This document shows, in pieces, positions 10,364 through 21,287 of a DNA stretch of 64,000 nucleotides (position 1 is its first letter; the number at the start of each line of letters is the position of its first letter). The translations under genes and the position numbers were made by a program. The notes under the pieces are model-generated. The model did no database searches, was not told where the DNA came from, and saw nothing but the letters and a program-made list of their open reading frames with translations. The DNA is from Promethearchaeia archaeon (GTDB taxonomy: Archaea > Asgardarchaeota > Lokiarchaeia > Sigyniarchaeales > SOKP01): the NCBI GenBank assembly GCA_046483985.1, contig JAWOCD010000005.1, positions 52,655 to 116,654 of the forward strand, written 5' to 3'.

Positions 10364-10636
10364 TTAAGTTAAATCTTTTAAAATATCCTTTTTTAAAGCT
10401 CTAGTTCGTTTGTTTAATACGATCATTTTTTTCCGACGTGAAATTCTGAAAACATTTATAATATTTTGAGACTCTAATTTCATGAAATATTCTTCTAACT
10501 GAATAGGGTTAATAAAGGGATATTCTTTCCGAAGTAATTCTTCCAAACGCCTATCTAGAATCTCACCTCTATTGTCGACTATAATATCTAAAATTTCGTT
10601 TACTATTGGTTTATATACCCATCTCTTTTTACTCAT
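10364..10636 (-). CDS. Small winged-helix-like protein downstream of cdc48
   Basis: 90 aa; helices followed by ...MKLESQNIINV and a wing hairpin. Confidence 0.65.
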   Translation of the reverse strand: MSKKRWVYKPIVNEILDIIVDNRGEILDRRLEELLRKEYPFINPIQLEEYFMKLESQNIINVFRISRRKKMIVLNKRTRALKKDILKDLT

Positions 10637-10757
10637 AACTATTCACCTTTATCATTTTTTTAATCATTTTAGGTAATACATTATATATTTAAGATTATAT
10701 AAAATAAGCTGAACCTTCTATATAGTAAGAAATAACGATGTAATTAAATATTTGTGT

Positions 10758-12977
10758 TTAGACGAACAGTGACTTTTCTTCATCGGAACGATGAGAAGAG
10801 ACTCGACGTTGTTTCAATTTATCTTGATAATCTTCGTACCATTGAACAATATCATCGTTAATACTGGCGCTAACGAATTCTCTTGCTCGCTCAAAATGAT
10901 TCATATTTACCGTTCGTGCTCTAATATTATCTCGTAATGCGATCATCGCTGCTTCCCGGCAGAATGTTTCAATATCTGCTCCTGAAAATCCTTCGGTCAT
11001 TTTTATTACTTTATCTACCTCTACATCTGTGGAGAGTGGCATTGGTTCAGCAAATATTTCAAAAATCTCTTCTCTTTCTTCCTTATTGGGAGCAGGCACC
11101 AATAATATTCGATCAATCCGACCGGGACGAATCAGAGCTGGATCAAGGATATCTGGCCGGTTAGTTGCGGCGATAACTACAATATCCTTATTGACTTCTA
11201 ATCCATCTAATTCTGTGAGAAATTGAGATAATACTTTTTCGGTCACACCCGAGTCTGAAGTATGCCTTCCACGGCTTGGTGCAAGAGAGTCAAATTCGTC
11301 AAAGAAAATAATACATGGTGCTGCCATTTTTGCTTTTCTAAATACTTCCCGAATTGCCTTTTCACTTTCACCTACCCATTTCGAGAGGAGCTCTGGTCCT
11401 TTGATTGAGATGAAATTAGCTTTACTTTCAGTTGCAACCGCGCGTGCTAAGAGTGTCTTGCCGCACCCTGGTGGACCATATAGAAGGATCCCTTTAGGTG
11501 GGGTAATACCCATGCGAGAAAATACTTTCGTATTTGAAATAGGCCAATTTACCGATTCAATTAATTTTTGTTTTAAATCGTCTAGTCCTCCTACTTCATC
11601 CCACGAGACATTCGGAATTTCGACAAATACCTCCCGAATTCCTGAGGGGAGAACTTCCTTTAAAGCTTCCTGAAAGTCTTCCCTCGAAACTTGAATTTGT
11701 TCCAATAATTCTGGATCTATTATCTCGGATTCCAAATTAATTTCCGGAAGATACCTACGTAATGCTGACATCGCCGCTTCACGAGATACTGCCGAAATAT
11801 CTGCCCCTACAAAACCATGTGTTATTTTTGCATACTCTTTAAGGGAGATTTCCTTATCCAAGGGCATATTTCTGGTATGGATCTGAAAAATCTCTAATCT
11901 CCCTTTTTCGTCTGGTACTTTTATTTCAATCTCCCGATCAAATCTCCCAGGGCGGCGTAAAGCAGGATCTAAACTATTAGGACGGTTTGTGGCCCCGATG
12001 ACTATAACTCTTCCTCTACTATGTAATCCGTCCATTAACGCTAATAATTGTGCGACCACGCGACGTTCCACTTCGCCAGTTACATTTTCCCTTTTTGGAG
12101 CGATTGCATCAATCTCATCAATAAAAATTATCGAAGGGCTCTTTTCCTCGGCCTCGACAAAGATATTTCTTAATTTCTTTTCAGATTCTCCATAAAATTT
12201 GCTCATAACTTCTGGGCCATTAATTGAAATAAAATGAGCTTCGCTTTCATTGGCTACAGCTTTTGCTAACAAGGTCTTTCCACATCCTGGGGGCCCTCTT
12301 AAAAGTACACCTTTCGGTGGGTCGATTCCAAGTCTCTTAAATAATGAAGGATGACGGAGAGGTAATTCAACCATTTCCCGAACACGCTGTATTTCTTTAT
12401 CTAGTCCACCAACATCTTCATAGGTGATATAAGTACCCTCATCGATACCTTCCGAGATTCTTTCACTGATATGAAGGTTAGTCTCACTTGTTATAATACA
12501 GACGCCTTTTGGTCTTAAATTCGTTACTTTAAAGGTTAGCTCTCTACTAATCCCAATTGAAATAATAATATAATCGTCCATAGTTATGGGTAATTTGTTT
12601 AATCTTCTCTTGACAAATGATTCAAATTTAGAATTAGTTTTGATAGTAATATTAGAAGCCGAAAGTACTACTGTATCAGCTTCCATTTTTTTAACCTTTT
12701 TTACTTCCACGGTATCATCTATACTAGTCCCAGTATTTTTTCTTAATCGAGAATCAATGCGTGCTATTTGAAGACCGTTATCTTGTGGGTAACTTGGCCA
12801 TGCAATTCCAGCGCTTTTTTTTTTGCCTTCTATTGCAATTATGTCGCCTGTTTCAATATTTAATTTTTCCATTGTTTCTTGATCTATTCGGATGATATTC
12901 CGTCCAACGTCACGCTTTTTCGCTTTTTGAATTCTTAAGGTAACGCTTCTATTGCTATCATCATTATCTGGCGTCAT
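10758..12977 (-). CDS. cdc48: CDC48/VCP (p97) AAA+ ATPase
   Basis: N-domain plus two AAA modules (GPPGCGKT x2, IDEID/FDEFD, RPGRFDR/RPGRIDR). Confidence 0.97.
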   Translation of the reverse strand: MTPDNDDSNRSVTLRIQKAKKRDVGRNIIRIDQETMEKLNIETGDIIAIEGKKKSAGIAWPSYPQDNGLQIARIDSRLRKNTGTSIDDTVEVKKVKKMEADTVVLSASNITIKTNSKFESFVKRRLNKLPITMDDYIIISIGISRELTFKVTNLRPKGVCIITSETNLHISERISEGIDEGTYITYEDVGGLDKEIQRVREMVELPLRHPSLFKRLGIDPPKGVLLRGPPGCGKTLLAKAVANESEAHFISINGPEVMSKFYGESEKKLRNIFVEAEEKSPSIIFIDEIDAIAPKRENVTGEVERRVVAQLLALMDGLHSRGRVIVIGATNRPNSLDPALRRPGRFDREIEIKVPDEKGRLEIFQIHTRNMPLDKEISLKEYAKITHGFVGADISAVSREAAMSALRRYLPEINLESEIIDPELLEQIQVSREDFQEALKEVLPSGIREVFVEIPNVSWDEVGGLDDLKQKLIESVNWPISNTKVFSRMGITPPKGILLYGPPGCGKTLLARAVATESKANFISIKGPELLSKWVGESEKAIREVFRKAKMAAPCIIFFDEFDSLAPSRGRHTSDSGVTEKVLSQFLTELDGLEVNKDIVVIAATNRPDILDPALIRPGRIDRILLVPAPNKEEREEIFEIFAEPMPLSTDVEVDKVIKMTEGFSGADIETFCREAAMIALRDNIRARTVNMNHFERAREFVSASINDDIVQWYEDYQDKLKQRRVSSHRSDEEKSLFV

Positions 12978-13070
12978 GTAATCTTCCTTTTTGATTTCTT
13001 TAAAAAATAATTATTCCTTTATTAAAAAAAGAAATTATTTCGTTTTAATTTTTTGCTTTTTCTTAAAATT

Positions 13071-14132
13071 TCATTTAAAGAACGTATCTAACGAGGTTTG
13101 CTTGGAATTTCTTTTCAACTTTTTAAGTCGCTCTAATGCGTTTTTTACCCGTTGAGTTGAAAAATTATGTTGTTCAATCAGCAATTCTTCAACTTTTTCA
13201 TAATTTACACTTTTCCATTTTGGCTTTGGATAATCCTTATTCACATTCGGGTTTAGAAATATATCCTTCACTTGCTCTATGATACTTGAATCGATTTGGA
13301 TTTTTTTTTTTCCAATTGTAATTTCTTGTTCCATCAGATTTTCAATTGATCCGTATTCTTTAATGAGATCATAGGCTTTATGTTGACCAATCCCTTTAAT
13401 ACCTTGAAAAAAATCAGTTCCGATTAAAATCCCCATATCAACTAATTGCTCTTGGGAAATGTCCAAATGCTCTAAAAGTTTTGTTAGATTAATATATTCA
13501 ATGTCTAAAGTAATTGTAGTGTTCTTAACCTTTTTACTCCGCTTCACAGCAAAATTACGGATTAGACGGTCTCCACCAAATAAGAGAGTGTCATAATCTT
13601 GAGATGCTATCCCCCATGCATCCCCTTGTTGTACCATATACGCTGATTGTGCTTCCCCTTCCGAATTCGCTTGAACCACGGGAACTCCAAGATGATCAAT
13701 CAGTTTTTTTCCTTCCTCGATCATATTCGGGGTCAGTTTTGAGGTCTGTTGGGCATATTTTCGGGCTTCTTCGTAATTTTCCGCCTCTTGGGCTTCAATC
13801 ATTTTTTCTTTTGCTTCCTTTTTAATATCCTTTCTTTCTTGGATTGTGTCCAATTTTAATCTGGAGGGTTCTCCGTCAAACACATAAATAGGTTTAATCT
13901 CATTTTCCAGAAAATTAATAGTACGATAAAAGAGCCCTGAAAGATGAGAAGTTATATTTCCTTCATAATCTTTTAAAGGAGTTCCATCTCTTTGGCGGAT
14001 AATTGCCAAAAACTGATAAATGGTATTAAAAGCATCAATTGCTATTTTCTTATTAAAAAGGTTTTCAAACGTAATGGCTTTTTTAACGTCTTTGAGGAGT
14101 TCATTTATTTTTGTTCCCATGATGATCACCAC
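13071..14132 (-). CDS. fen: Flap endonuclease 1
   Basis: IDAFNTIYQFL, EGEAQ, SQDYD and GTDF..GIKGIG motifs; C-terminal PIP box QTSLDTFF. Confidence 0.97.
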   Translation of the reverse strand: MVIIMGTKINELLKDVKKAITFENLFNKKIAIDAFNTIYQFLAIIRQRDGTPLKDYEGNITSHLSGLFYRTINFLENEIKPIYVFDGEPSRLKLDTIQERKDIKKEAKEKMIEAQEAENYEEARKYAQQTSKLTPNMIEEGKKLIDHLGVPVVQANSEGEAQSAYMVQQGDAWGIASQDYDTLLFGGDRLIRNFAVKRSKKVKNTTITLDIEYINLTKLLEHLDISQEQLVDMGILIGTDFFQGIKGIGQHKAYDLIKEYGSIENLMEQEITIGKKKIQIDSSIIEQVKDIFLNPNVNKDYPKPKWKSVNYEKVEELLIEQHNFSTQRVKNALERLKKLKRNSKQTSLDTFFK

Positions 14133-14170
14133 TAAATTTACAACTTAATAATAAGGAATTATCGTTATAA

Positions 14171-14731
14171 TTATTTTTTCATTCTGCGTTTTAACTTTTC
14201 CCCACAGAATTCACAAGGTTCCTCCAAGTGCTCAGCATCATAGACTTTTTTACAAAAGGGACAATAAACCTCCCATTTAATTTTTTTTGTTATCCCTCTT
14301 TTACCTAAAGGAGAATAAGGAATGGCGAGTTCTTGAGAGACATTTTCCATTGAATAATCGTTTGATAACAGGATTATCTTCTCCTTTCCGTGTAACTTAC
14401 TTAAATCGAATGCTAAAGCAATAAGTTCCTTATCAGCCCTACTTAATGCTTTCATATCCCCTGTGTGCTTTGAAATCTTTTCGACATGTTGAAGGGACTC
14501 CTGGGATGGAATTTGAACAATTAACTTTTTGCCTTCAATAGCGGCGTGAATCCGGTTTAAGATATTTCGATTTTTATGATGATAACGTTTTACTTTAATT
14601 TCTTCGATAATAGAAGGAGTTGTATACAACTTCCCTTTGAATAAATTAAAAGAAACCCCTTGTAAAAAGATGTTTGTATCTAAAATGAAGATTGATTTGT
14701 TCATGAATTTTCCGCTCATAAAAATCCTCAA
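14171..14731 (-). CDS. nob1: Nob1 endoribonuclease (PIN domain plus Zn ribbon)
   Basis: ILDTN, LSRAD and SNDYSMEN motifs; CPFC...CEFCG. Confidence 0.9.
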   Translation of the reverse strand: MRIFMSGKFMNKSIFILDTNIFLQGVSFNLFKGKLYTTPSIIEEIKVKRYHHKNRNILNRIHAAIEGKKLIVQIPSQESLQHVEKISKHTGDMKALSRADKELIALAFDLSKLHGKEKIILLSNDYSMENVSQELAIPYSPLGKRGITKKIKWEVYCPFCKKVYDAEHLEEPCEFCGEKLKRRMKK

Positions 14732-14773
14732 TTTGTTTAAGACTTTCCTTAGAGATTAAGGTGACCTCGCAAA

Positions 14774-15688
14774 CTATTCTTCTGGACTATCGTCCAAAGG
14801 AACGTTTACGGTCCCGATTATTTTCTTTCTCAACCTTGTGAAATAACTTGACCGAGAACCATTGTCCGTAAATCGTATGAACTTTACTGATTTTTCAGAT
14901 CCCCTTATAAGTATACGGGAATTAGGAGCAACATCTTTAATTACTTCTTGTCCATCAATTACGACTTTTCCATTTAATCGGGGTCTTAATAATTTGATTT
15001 CTATTTCTGAATCGAGAGGCAAGATGATTGGTTTTAAACCCGATTGGGCATAACTATTTAAGGGTGTAATTTGAATAACGTCTAGATCTGGAGATACTAT
15101 CGCCCCTCCCGCGCTTAAATTATATGCTGTTGAGCCTATAGCCGTCGAGAGGATAATCCCATCTAAATAACTTCTATTCAAGAAGATTCCGTTAACTTTA
15201 ACCGAAATCTGTAAAACCTTGGAGTGTTTTGAAGAAACAATTAGGACCTCATTTAAAGCATTATTAAGTTTAATTTTTTTTCCTTCCTTATTAAATAAAT
15301 AAGGGGTAATTTGAGAACATTTTTCAATCACATAATCTTCATTGAGTAATTTTTCAATATCATCAAAAATTCTATGATCGGTTGATTCATCGAGAAACCC
15401 AATTGAGCCCACGTTAACCCCTAAAATTGGGGGGGGATTTTTATGGGTTAAGCCTTGAGCGACCCTCAATATGCTTCCATCCCCTCCAAAACTGATAAGA
15501 AATTTGATTTCCGAGGAATTCATTTGTGCTAAATCCATTCCATTATGGGGAAAGATTTTCGGGGCAATTCTTGTTTCTAGATAAACAACTTCCCCCTTTT
15601 TAATTAAATATTCAAATATTTTTTTTGCAAGCTTTAACGCTTCTTCGGAGTCCATTCTGGATGCGATTGCAATTGCCTTTTTTGCCAT
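14774..15688 (-). CDS. nadK: NAD(+) kinase
   Basis: GGDGS, LNE and DG...STAIGSTAYNLSAGG motifs. Confidence 0.95.
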   Translation of the reverse strand: MAKKAIAIASRMDSEEALKLAKKIFEYLIKKGEVVYLETRIAPKIFPHNGMDLAQMNSSEIKFLISFGGDGSILRVAQGLTHKNPPPILGVNVGSIGFLDESTDHRIFDDIEKLLNEDYVIEKCSQITPYLFNKEGKKIKLNNALNEVLIVSSKHSKVLQISVKVNGIFLNRSYLDGIILSTAIGSTAYNLSAGGAIVSPDLDVIQITPLNSYAQSGLKPIILPLDSEIEIKLLRPRLNGKVVIDGQEVIKDVAPNSRILIRGSEKSVKFIRFTDNGSRSSYFTRLRKKIIGTVNVPLDDSPEE

Positions 15689-15778
15689 TTAATTTAACTT
15701 GCTCCTTGGTCTTTAAAATTAAAATAATAAGAAAAATTTGTAAAAAAAGAGGATTCGACCCTTCGTCAAGGACTCAGT

Positions 15779-16207
15779 TTAATCAATAATAATACGATGA
15801 ATTAATGTTCTACCTGCAACTTTCCAATACTCTATCCGTGCCGAAGCCATTTCGTCTGGATTTTCACGTAACTCTTCAACTTTCTTTTTCAATTTTTCCT
15901 CACGGGGCCATTTTATATCCAATGATTCATATGACTCTAAATCCATAATGTTAATTACATTATCCTCAATATAATTTATTTGAGCCGAACTTTTAATTAT
16001 TTCGGGGACCATCACAGTTGAACCGCTGGGATACGTCTCACTTCGCTTGTTCTCATCAAACATCCCCTCGCAAATAACTCTTACTTTGGCATGCCCGTGT
16101 TTCCCAGATTTACTTCGCTCAGTGCTCTTAATGATACATGGTTCATCGTCGACCATTAAATAATTCCCCGATTTTAATTTTTGTATCTCCTTTCTAAAAT
16201 AGGACAT
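15779..16207 (-). CDS. eif5a: Translation factor aIF5A
   Basis: Hypusine site SKSGKHGHAK. Confidence 0.96.
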   Translation of the reverse strand: MSYFRKEIQKLKSGNYLMVDDEPCIIKSTERSKSGKHGHAKVRVICEGMFDENKRSETYPSGSTVMVPEIIKSSAQINYIEDNVINIMDLESYESLDIKWPREEKLKKKVEELRENPDEMASARIEYWKVAGRTLIHRIIID

Positions 16208-16458
16208 TAGTTTATTCTTTCCTTTTTCTTTTTTAATAATTAATTAAATTTTAAGCTTATAATTTAATTATTTAAAATCGTAAAAAAATTTTATCTTTTA
16301 AATCTTTTAATCACAAATTTGGCTTTTAATTCTAGAAGTTCTTCCAAAATTTTATTATGCTGATTTTTCTTTTAAGTTATACGAACGAATGTTAAGCAAA
16401 AAAATATTAATTTTTAAGCACAAATAGAATTAGAAAGAAATATTAAATTGATGGTTAT

Positions 16459-17832
16459 ATGGTATTAGAAAACCTCGGTAGATCACTAGAAAAGGTAATG
16501 CGTCGTATCAAACGTCTCCCTAAGGTGGATAAGGAGGCTATTCTTGCTTCGATTCAAGATCTTCAACGTGCCTTAATCCAATCAGATGTAAAGGTTGAAT
16601 TAGTCCTTGATATGACAGAGAAGATCAAAAAGGAGGCTATGAATACAGATTTATCAAAAAGAACAAGGAGAAAGGATTTTGTTATTAAACTCATCCACGA
16701 TGAACTCATTAATGTCTTAGGCGGAGAAAAAGCTCCCTTTCGAATTAAACCAGGTAAAAAGAATGTAATACTGTTGGTGGGTATTCAAGGCTCGGGAAAA
16801 ACTACTACTGTTGGAAAACTTGCGAATTATTATAAAAATAAAGGCTTTAAAATTGCTACTCTTACCACAGATACTTGGAGACCAGGGGCCTACGAACAAT
16901 TGCAACAATTAACCGAAGAGATCGGGGTAAATTGCTATGGGGATCCAAATGGTAAAAGTGCCATTAAAGTCGCCTTGAAAGAAACAAGAAAAGCGATTAA
17001 AGACGGATTTGATTTACTCATCGTGGATACAGCCGGGAGACATAAAGAGGAAAAAGCTCTTATGAAAGAGATGAAACAATTAGAAAATAAGTTGAAACCC
17101 AACGAAGTCATTCTTGTTATTGATGGGACGCTGGGACAAGGCGCCTACTCTCAAGCAGAAGAATTTTCTAAAGCAACGGATTTAGGATCAATCATCGTGA
17201 CAAAATTGGACGGAACAGCAAAAGGGGGTGGTGCTCTTTCTGCTTGTGCCGCTACTGATGTTCCTATACGATTTATCGGCACTGGAGAAAAAATAAATGA
17301 ACTTGAACCATTTAACCCGACATCATTTGTCGGAGAATTATTGGGGATCCCTAATTTGGATGCATTAGTTGAACGAGTGCAAGATGCGGAAGCAATGCCC
17401 GATCAAGACACAGTAAAACGGATGATGCGCGGTAAATTTACTTTAGACGACCTTTATAACCAGTTAAAATCGATGAAAAAGATCGGTAAGTTCAATAAAA
17501 TCATCAGTATGATGGGTGGAGGTAATATCCCAGACGGATTAAAAGATGATGCCCAGAGAAATGTAGAAAAATGGGAAGTCGTGCTTAATTCTATGACGCA
17601 ATATGAAAAAGAAAATCCTAAAGTTATTAAAAAGAGCAGAAAAAGAAGGATTGCCATTGGTAGTGGAACATCCTATACGTTGATAAATAGAATGTTAGAC
17701 CAGTATAACCAAATGAAGAAGATGATGAAACGTGTTATGCAGATGCGCAAAAAAGGAATGAAAGGGCTGGCAGGGAAAAAACTCCCCGGTGGAATGGGGG
17801 ACTTAATGAAAAAATTTGGTAATAAATTTTAA
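16459..17832 (+). CDS. srp54: Signal recognition particle protein SRP54
   Basis: GIQGSGKTTT, DTAGRH and TKLDGTAKGGGALS motifs; Met-rich M domain. Confidence 0.97.
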   Translation: MVLENLGRSLEKVMRRIKRLPKVDKEAILASIQDLQRALIQSDVKVELVLDMTEKIKKEAMNTDLSKRTRRKDFVIKLIHDELINVLGGEKAPFRIKPGKKNVILLVGIQGSGKTTTVGKLANYYKNKGFKIATLTTDTWRPGAYEQLQQLTEEIGVNCYGDPNGKSAIKVALKETRKAIKDGFDLLIVDTAGRHKEEKALMKEMKQLENKLKPNEVILVIDGTLGQGAYSQAEEFSKATDLGSIIVTKLDGTAKGGGALSACAATDVPIRFIGTGEKINELEPFNPTSFVGELLGIPNLDALVERVQDAEAMPDQDTVKRMMRGKFTLDDLYNQLKSMKKIGKFNKIISMMGGGNIPDGLKDDAQRNVEKWEVVLNSMTQYEKENPKVIKKSRKRRIAIGSGTSYTLINRMLDQYNQMKKMMKRVMQMRKKGMKGLAGKKLPGGMGDLMKKFGNKF

Positions 17833-17855
17833 AATAATCTAATACTCTGATCAAT

Positions 17856-18509
17856 GTGGTAAGTTTCTTAATTTTAGTACATCATTTAGAAAAGTATTCG
17901 AAGAAAGATATTAATCACGGAAAAACTCCAAAAAGTATCTATACCTTATGTTGTGCCATTAGAGAGGCATTTTGTCTCTCTTATAATATTCGAAAGGAAA
18001 ATAATGTCTTTCTTTATTTTCAAGATTCTCATATTCTTATTAAATTGGTGGGGAGAAAATTGAGATATTTAGGACCGGATGAACGTTCCCAGACAATTTT
18101 AGTAAATAAAGCGTTAAAATTAGTAAATCCAAAGACCAATAAAAAAGATACAGGATGGATACCCTCAACCCCTGGTTTTTTTATCCGTAAATTTCCCAGT
18201 AATGACTCTTTTTTGCGTTACTTCGAGACCATAGTAGGCGAAATCCCTTTGCTAGTAACAGATAAACCTTTTAAGAAAGTGGATTCTTCAATTGAAGAGA
18301 TCCAACTGAACTCGATAACTAGATATGAATCGTCTTTTTTTATTATTCCTGCTGGAAAGATAGATGATCTTAACCAATTTATTCAAAAAATGTATGATTT
18401 TATTCCCTCCATGAAAAATATTAATTTACCTCAGCTACATTTTTCTTTTGAAAGAATTTTATTCATAAATTATAAAAAAGATAAGAAAAGCCAAACTATA
18501 CAACAATAA
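17856..18509 (+). CDS. trmY: TrmY-like SPOUT protein (tRNA pseudouridine-54 N1-methyltransferase-like, divergent)
   Basis: CAIREAFCLSYNIR and LRYLGPDERS match the TrmY N-half; the C-terminal knot is divergent. Confidence 0.6.
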   Translation: MVSFLILVHHLEKYSKKDINHGKTPKSIYTLCCAIREAFCLSYNIRKENNVFLYFQDSHILIKLVGRKLRYLGPDERSQTILVNKALKLVNPKTNKKDTGWIPSTPGFFIRKFPSNDSFLRYFETIVGEIPLLVTDKPFKKVDSSIEEIQLNSITRYESSFFIIPAGKIDDLNQFIQKMYDFIPSMKNINLPQLHFSFERILFINYKKDKKSQTIQQ

Positions 18510-18524
18510 GAGTGATTAAGAATT

Positions 18525-19925
18525 GTGATTCTCTTTAATGCAAAGATATTCTCTGAGTCAATACTACGAGAAGGTACTATTCTTGTAAAAGATGGAAAGA
18601 TAAAAGATATCCGTTTTAACCCCACCCAAGACGATCTCAAGGATTTAAGGAATCAGAATGGGACCGACCACGAAATTGATTGTCAAAAGAAAATTATCAT
18701 TCCGGGCATTATAGATATCCACGCCCATCTAAGAGATCTCGAGCAAATAGAAAAGGAATCCTTCTCCTCGGGTACAAAAGCAGCAGCTTATTCAGGGATA
18801 ACCACGGTTTTTAATATGCCAAATACCAACCCTCCCGTAATTACGCCCGAACGGGTTGCATCTTGGATGGAAAAGGCGCAGGATAATATATATACAAATG
18901 TGGGATTTATAGCGGGGGTGCCAAGAGGGATTAATATGGATGAAATGAAAGAAATGAAAAAGCAAGGAGTTTTGGGATTTAAAATTTATCCACTTGACTC
19001 GTTAAACGGTATCGACTGGACAAACACCTCTAATATTAGAATTCTTTTCAGAAGGTCTTCTCAGTTACGTACCAGAATCTTTATTCATCCAGATTGGCCA
19101 AAATCTTCAAAAGAAAAATCCATAATTTACAGTAATTATATTACTTGGGGCTGGCCATTGCTAAAATTTCATAATAAACTGTTTTCCGTTGACACGGAAG
19201 AAAAATATGTACAATTTATCTTGAAAAATTACAAAGAATTTATTGAAAATAATGATCTCCCTCCAGAGAAATATCCAATTATCCATTTCTGTCACATAAG
19301 TTCCAAAAATAGTTATCGGAAAATTAATAAGACCTTGAATTCAGTCGATAACGCAAATATTACCTATGAAATTACCCCTCATCATTTATTGCTTTCTAAT
19401 ACATTAGAGCTTAAGAATGAAAACCTTGGAAAGGTTTTACCCCCTCTTCGAGATCCAAAACATTCGGAATTCCTTTTTCAGAAGTTCAGAGATGGTGAGA
19501 TTATGTTAATTGGTACAGATCATGCCCCGCATACTTTACACGAAAAGAATCTGGATTATTTTGACGCTCCCTCTGGTTTTCCTGGCTTCGAAACATACCC
19601 GCTCCTTTTATTAAATAAAATATGTCAATATGAACTTTCTTTGGAAATATTTGTTAAAGCTTCGGCTCAAAGACCAGCTCAGATATTTAATCTTCCTTCA
19701 AAAGGATTTATTAAAGTTGGGTATGATGCAGATCTCCTTATTATAGACAAAATTCCAGAATATTCAATTGATCCTCAGAAATTTCATACAAAAGCCAAAT
19801 ATTCACCCTTTCAAAACTTTCCATCCAAGGTAGAGATTTGGAAAGTATTTTTACGAGGAAAAGAAGTGAATAGGGAGGATATAGAACCCTTAGGGCAAGT
19901 CATTCGAGATCAAAACGATAACTAG
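18525..19925 (+). CDS. pyrC: Dihydroorotase
   Basis: DIHAHLRD, MPNT.P, HISS and GTDHAPH motifs. Confidence 0.88.
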   Translation: MILFNAKIFSESILREGTILVKDGKIKDIRFNPTQDDLKDLRNQNGTDHEIDCQKKIIIPGIIDIHAHLRDLEQIEKESFSSGTKAAAYSGITTVFNMPNTNPPVITPERVASWMEKAQDNIYTNVGFIAGVPRGINMDEMKEMKKQGVLGFKIYPLDSLNGIDWTNTSNIRILFRRSSQLRTRIFIHPDWPKSSKEKSIIYSNYITWGWPLLKFHNKLFSVDTEEKYVQFILKNYKEFIENNDLPPEKYPIIHFCHISSKNSYRKINKTLNSVDNANITYEITPHHLLLSNTLELKNENLGKVLPPLRDPKHSEFLFQKFRDGEIMLIGTDHAPHTLHEKNLDYFDAPSGFPGFETYPLLLLNKICQYELSLEIFVKASAQRPAQIFNLPSKGFIKVGYDADLLIIDKIPEYSIDPQKFHTKAKYSPFQNFPSKVEIWKVFLRGKEVNREDIEPLGQVIRDQNDN

Positions 19926-20005
19926 TTATTTTTTATTGTAAGTATAAATATTATATTATGAAATACATTTTTAATTAAATATTAAAGAACAGAGGATTTG
20001 GAAAA

Positions 20006-20644
20006 ATGTCAAAAGAAAAAGACTTTAGTATTGAAGATGGGAAAATGCTAATAAAATTTGCACGTGAGAATATAGAAAATTATCTCAAAAATGATAAAAG
20101 AATTAGGGTACCAGAAAAAATGAGAGAGATGTTTGGAGATAAATACGGAGCGTTTATTACCTTAAATAAAACCAATAAGTCCGGTAATCCTCTGAGAGGA
20201 TGTATTGGACATGTCGAACCTAAATTCCCGCTCTGTGAAACCGTTCATAGAGTCTCAGTTAGTGCTGCTGTTGAGGATCCACGGTTCTCCTCGGTGTCGA
20301 TTGAGGAAATGGAAAATATAGTAATTGAACTCTCAATTTTGACCCCACCAGAATTAATTGAAGTTGAAGATCCTGAGGAATATTTGGAGAAAATTGAAAT
20401 TGGAAAACACGGCCTTATTGCGGAGCGAGGAATGCGGAGAGGATTATTACTTCCTCAAGTTCCCGTAGATCATGATAGAAACTGGGATGTCAAAACCTTC
20501 TTACAGCATACATGTCAAAAAGCATGGCTCCCAGCAGACGCTTGGAAAGATAAAAAAACAAAATTATATAAATTTCGTGCAATTCTGTTTGAAGAAAAAG
20601 AACCAAACGGTGAAATCAAAAGAAAATATATAAGAAAGAGATAA
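20006..20644 (+). CDS. AMMECR1 domain protein
   Basis: LRGCIG, DPRF, GLLLPQV and CQKA motifs. Confidence 0.93.
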   Translation: MSKEKDFSIEDGKMLIKFARENIENYLKNDKRIRVPEKMREMFGDKYGAFITLNKTNKSGNPLRGCIGHVEPKFPLCETVHRVSVSAAVEDPRFSSVSIEEMENIVIELSILTPPELIEVEDPEEYLEKIEIGKHGLIAERGMRRGLLLPQVPVDHDRNWDVKTFLQHTCQKAWLPADAWKDKKTKLYKFRAILFEEKEPNGEIKRKYIRKR

Positions 20645-20688
20645 AAAATGAATATTTATTTTTTTATTGACAATCTAAATTAATTATT

Positions 20689-21213
20689 TTAAGGTATTTT
20701 TGCGGCTCCAATCAGTCCGATTATTGCACCAGCAGTCCCTATGAAAAATCCATTTCCTAAACGCCATGTATACATTGTTGCTTCTCCGAAAAATATATTA
20801 TACTCCTCACTTCCGGTGATGAAATTAAGGAAATCGATTCCCCATTCCAAACTCTCATTATTTGTAAGAGCAATGCAAAAAAGCGCCAATCCTCCAACCA
20901 TCATGAGTGCGCTCAAAATACCTACTCCTTTTGTCTCTTGTGATGCTGCATAAATAATTAAGACGGATCCTAAAAGATATATTATCCCTGCAACTAATCC
21001 GAGCGTTTCCAAGGCAAGCTCCGATTCCTCTCCACTACTCATACCAAACGCATTTAGATAAAAGGTTGTATTGAACAGATCATTTTCCACTTGCCACCAC
21101 GCGCCCAATGATTCTTCAATAAAAAAGGAAAGGACCGCGAAAATGCCTATAAGGCCAGCTACGATAGCAATTATTTTTGTGTCATTATTTTTTCTTCCCA
21201 TTTCAATCAACAT
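20689..21213 (-). CDS. Four-TM membrane protein (claudin/PMP22-like topology)
   Basis: TM1-WW-loop-TM2-TM3-loop-WRLGNGFFIG-TM4. Confidence 0.7.
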   Translation of the reverse strand: MLIEMGRKNNDTKIIAIVAGLIGIFAVLSFFIEESLGAWWQVENDLFNTTFYLNAFGMSSGEESELALETLGLVAGIIYLLGSVLIIYAASQETKGVGILSALMMVGGLALFCIALTNNESLEWGIDFLNFITGSEEYNIFFGEATMYTWRLGNGFFIGTAGAIIGLIGAAKIP

Positions 21214-21287
21214 TTAATTGTTTTAATAGAAAAAGGATTTAATTTCCTTTTTAAACTTATTCTCTAGTAATAATAAAGTATTTTGAA

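Noticed and set aside
10937-12771. Short + strand ORFs within cdc48, and similar antisense ORFs across the window
   Set aside because: Shadows of well-supported genes on the opposite strand or in another frame.
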